From Azolla caroliniana (lineage: Eukaryota > Plantae > Polypodiophyta): DNA of 64,000 nt. Below, piece after piece: positions 63,331-64,000 of the stretch; positions within the stretch are counted from its first letter, which is position 1; each line of letters starts with the position of its first letter. The DNA lies in assembly GCA_043228905.1 (NCBI GenBank), contig JBHGNT010000003.1:5146001-5210000 (forward strand). Direction: 5' to 3'. A program made the translations under genes and the position numbers. The notes beneath the pieces are model-generated. The model made no database searches. It was not told where the DNA came from and was given only the letters and a program-made list of their open reading frames with translations.

Positions 63331-64000
63331 GTTATTCATTTTTTCAATGTAGTGTCATGTTGCCTTTCCCATTCCTTGTCCTAATGTGATGAGGGCATAT
63401 GAGGAATTGAGTTAAACTAAATCTATACAAAAGATTGAATGTAAGACAAGGACAAGAGACAAGATCAACTTGAAGACAATGAAAATAATGAACTTAAGAA
63501 CATCAAACATACTTTGTTTAATCATCAAAGAGCTCATATTATGAGTGAGAGGTCAATTGCTCAAATTTATAATGGACGATGAAGGGAGAACATTGATCTA
63601 TAATAAGGAACGAGGTGTAAGGTCGAGGAATGCTTCTTTAAAAATGGAAAGGAACGTAAATGGACCATATCTATCTTCCTCAGCTCTGCTGAGCAATAGC
63701 CGTCCCGAGTTGTAATATCATATCTCCTCTCTTGAAACCCATCTCTATCATGAAAGTCTCCTCTCTCTCCTCTCAAATCTTGCCAGTCATTGTGGACCAC
63801 ATCATACTCCCTACCCCAAAACCAGAAAATGAAGCAGGTGGTGCAAACCTTCTCCGAAGCAGCCATGAAGATCCTCTCATGTATATCTTGTTGGGTCTAT
63901 CCACTCAAGTGGAGGCCATGACATGGAGTTGCCTGAGAGCCAAATACCAACTCAGTGTCGAATCAGCTGGGTGCTGATTCGGGCTGAGTGTTGAATTGGT

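Overview
Eukaryotic land-plant nuclear DNA: AT-rich, with spliceosomal introns, LTR-retrotransposon debris and MITEs. The gene structure would fit a seed-free plant such as a fern, but the taxon cannot be fixed from sequence alone. Apparently intact genes: a small intronless ORF (5389-5709), cytosolic seryl-tRNA synthetase (9 exons), a GT17 GlcNAc-transferase, a plastid-targeted glyoxalase/VOC protein, plastid release factor 2 (prfB-type, 7 exons, one GC-AG intron) and a CW-zinc-finger/MBD protein. The most notable content is a pair of TORNADO1-like Roco genes (LRR-Roc GTPase-COR-coiled coil), ~33 kb apart. One is a multiply disabled pseudogene. The other has an intact ~887-codon Roc-COR exon but a shortened LRR region that is out of frame at a G7 run. 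Also present: an inverted, internally deleted prfB duplicate; a ~450-550 bp element found three times, each ~400 bp downstream of a different gene; a decayed mitochondrial insertion (trnQ, trnI-CAU, rrn18 fragment, possible LAGLIDADG remnant); a solo LTR; a hAT-type MITE with an 8-bp TSD; and three homogeneous tandem arrays (96, 207 and 34 bp units). All family calls are from motif recognition by eye; no searches were run.
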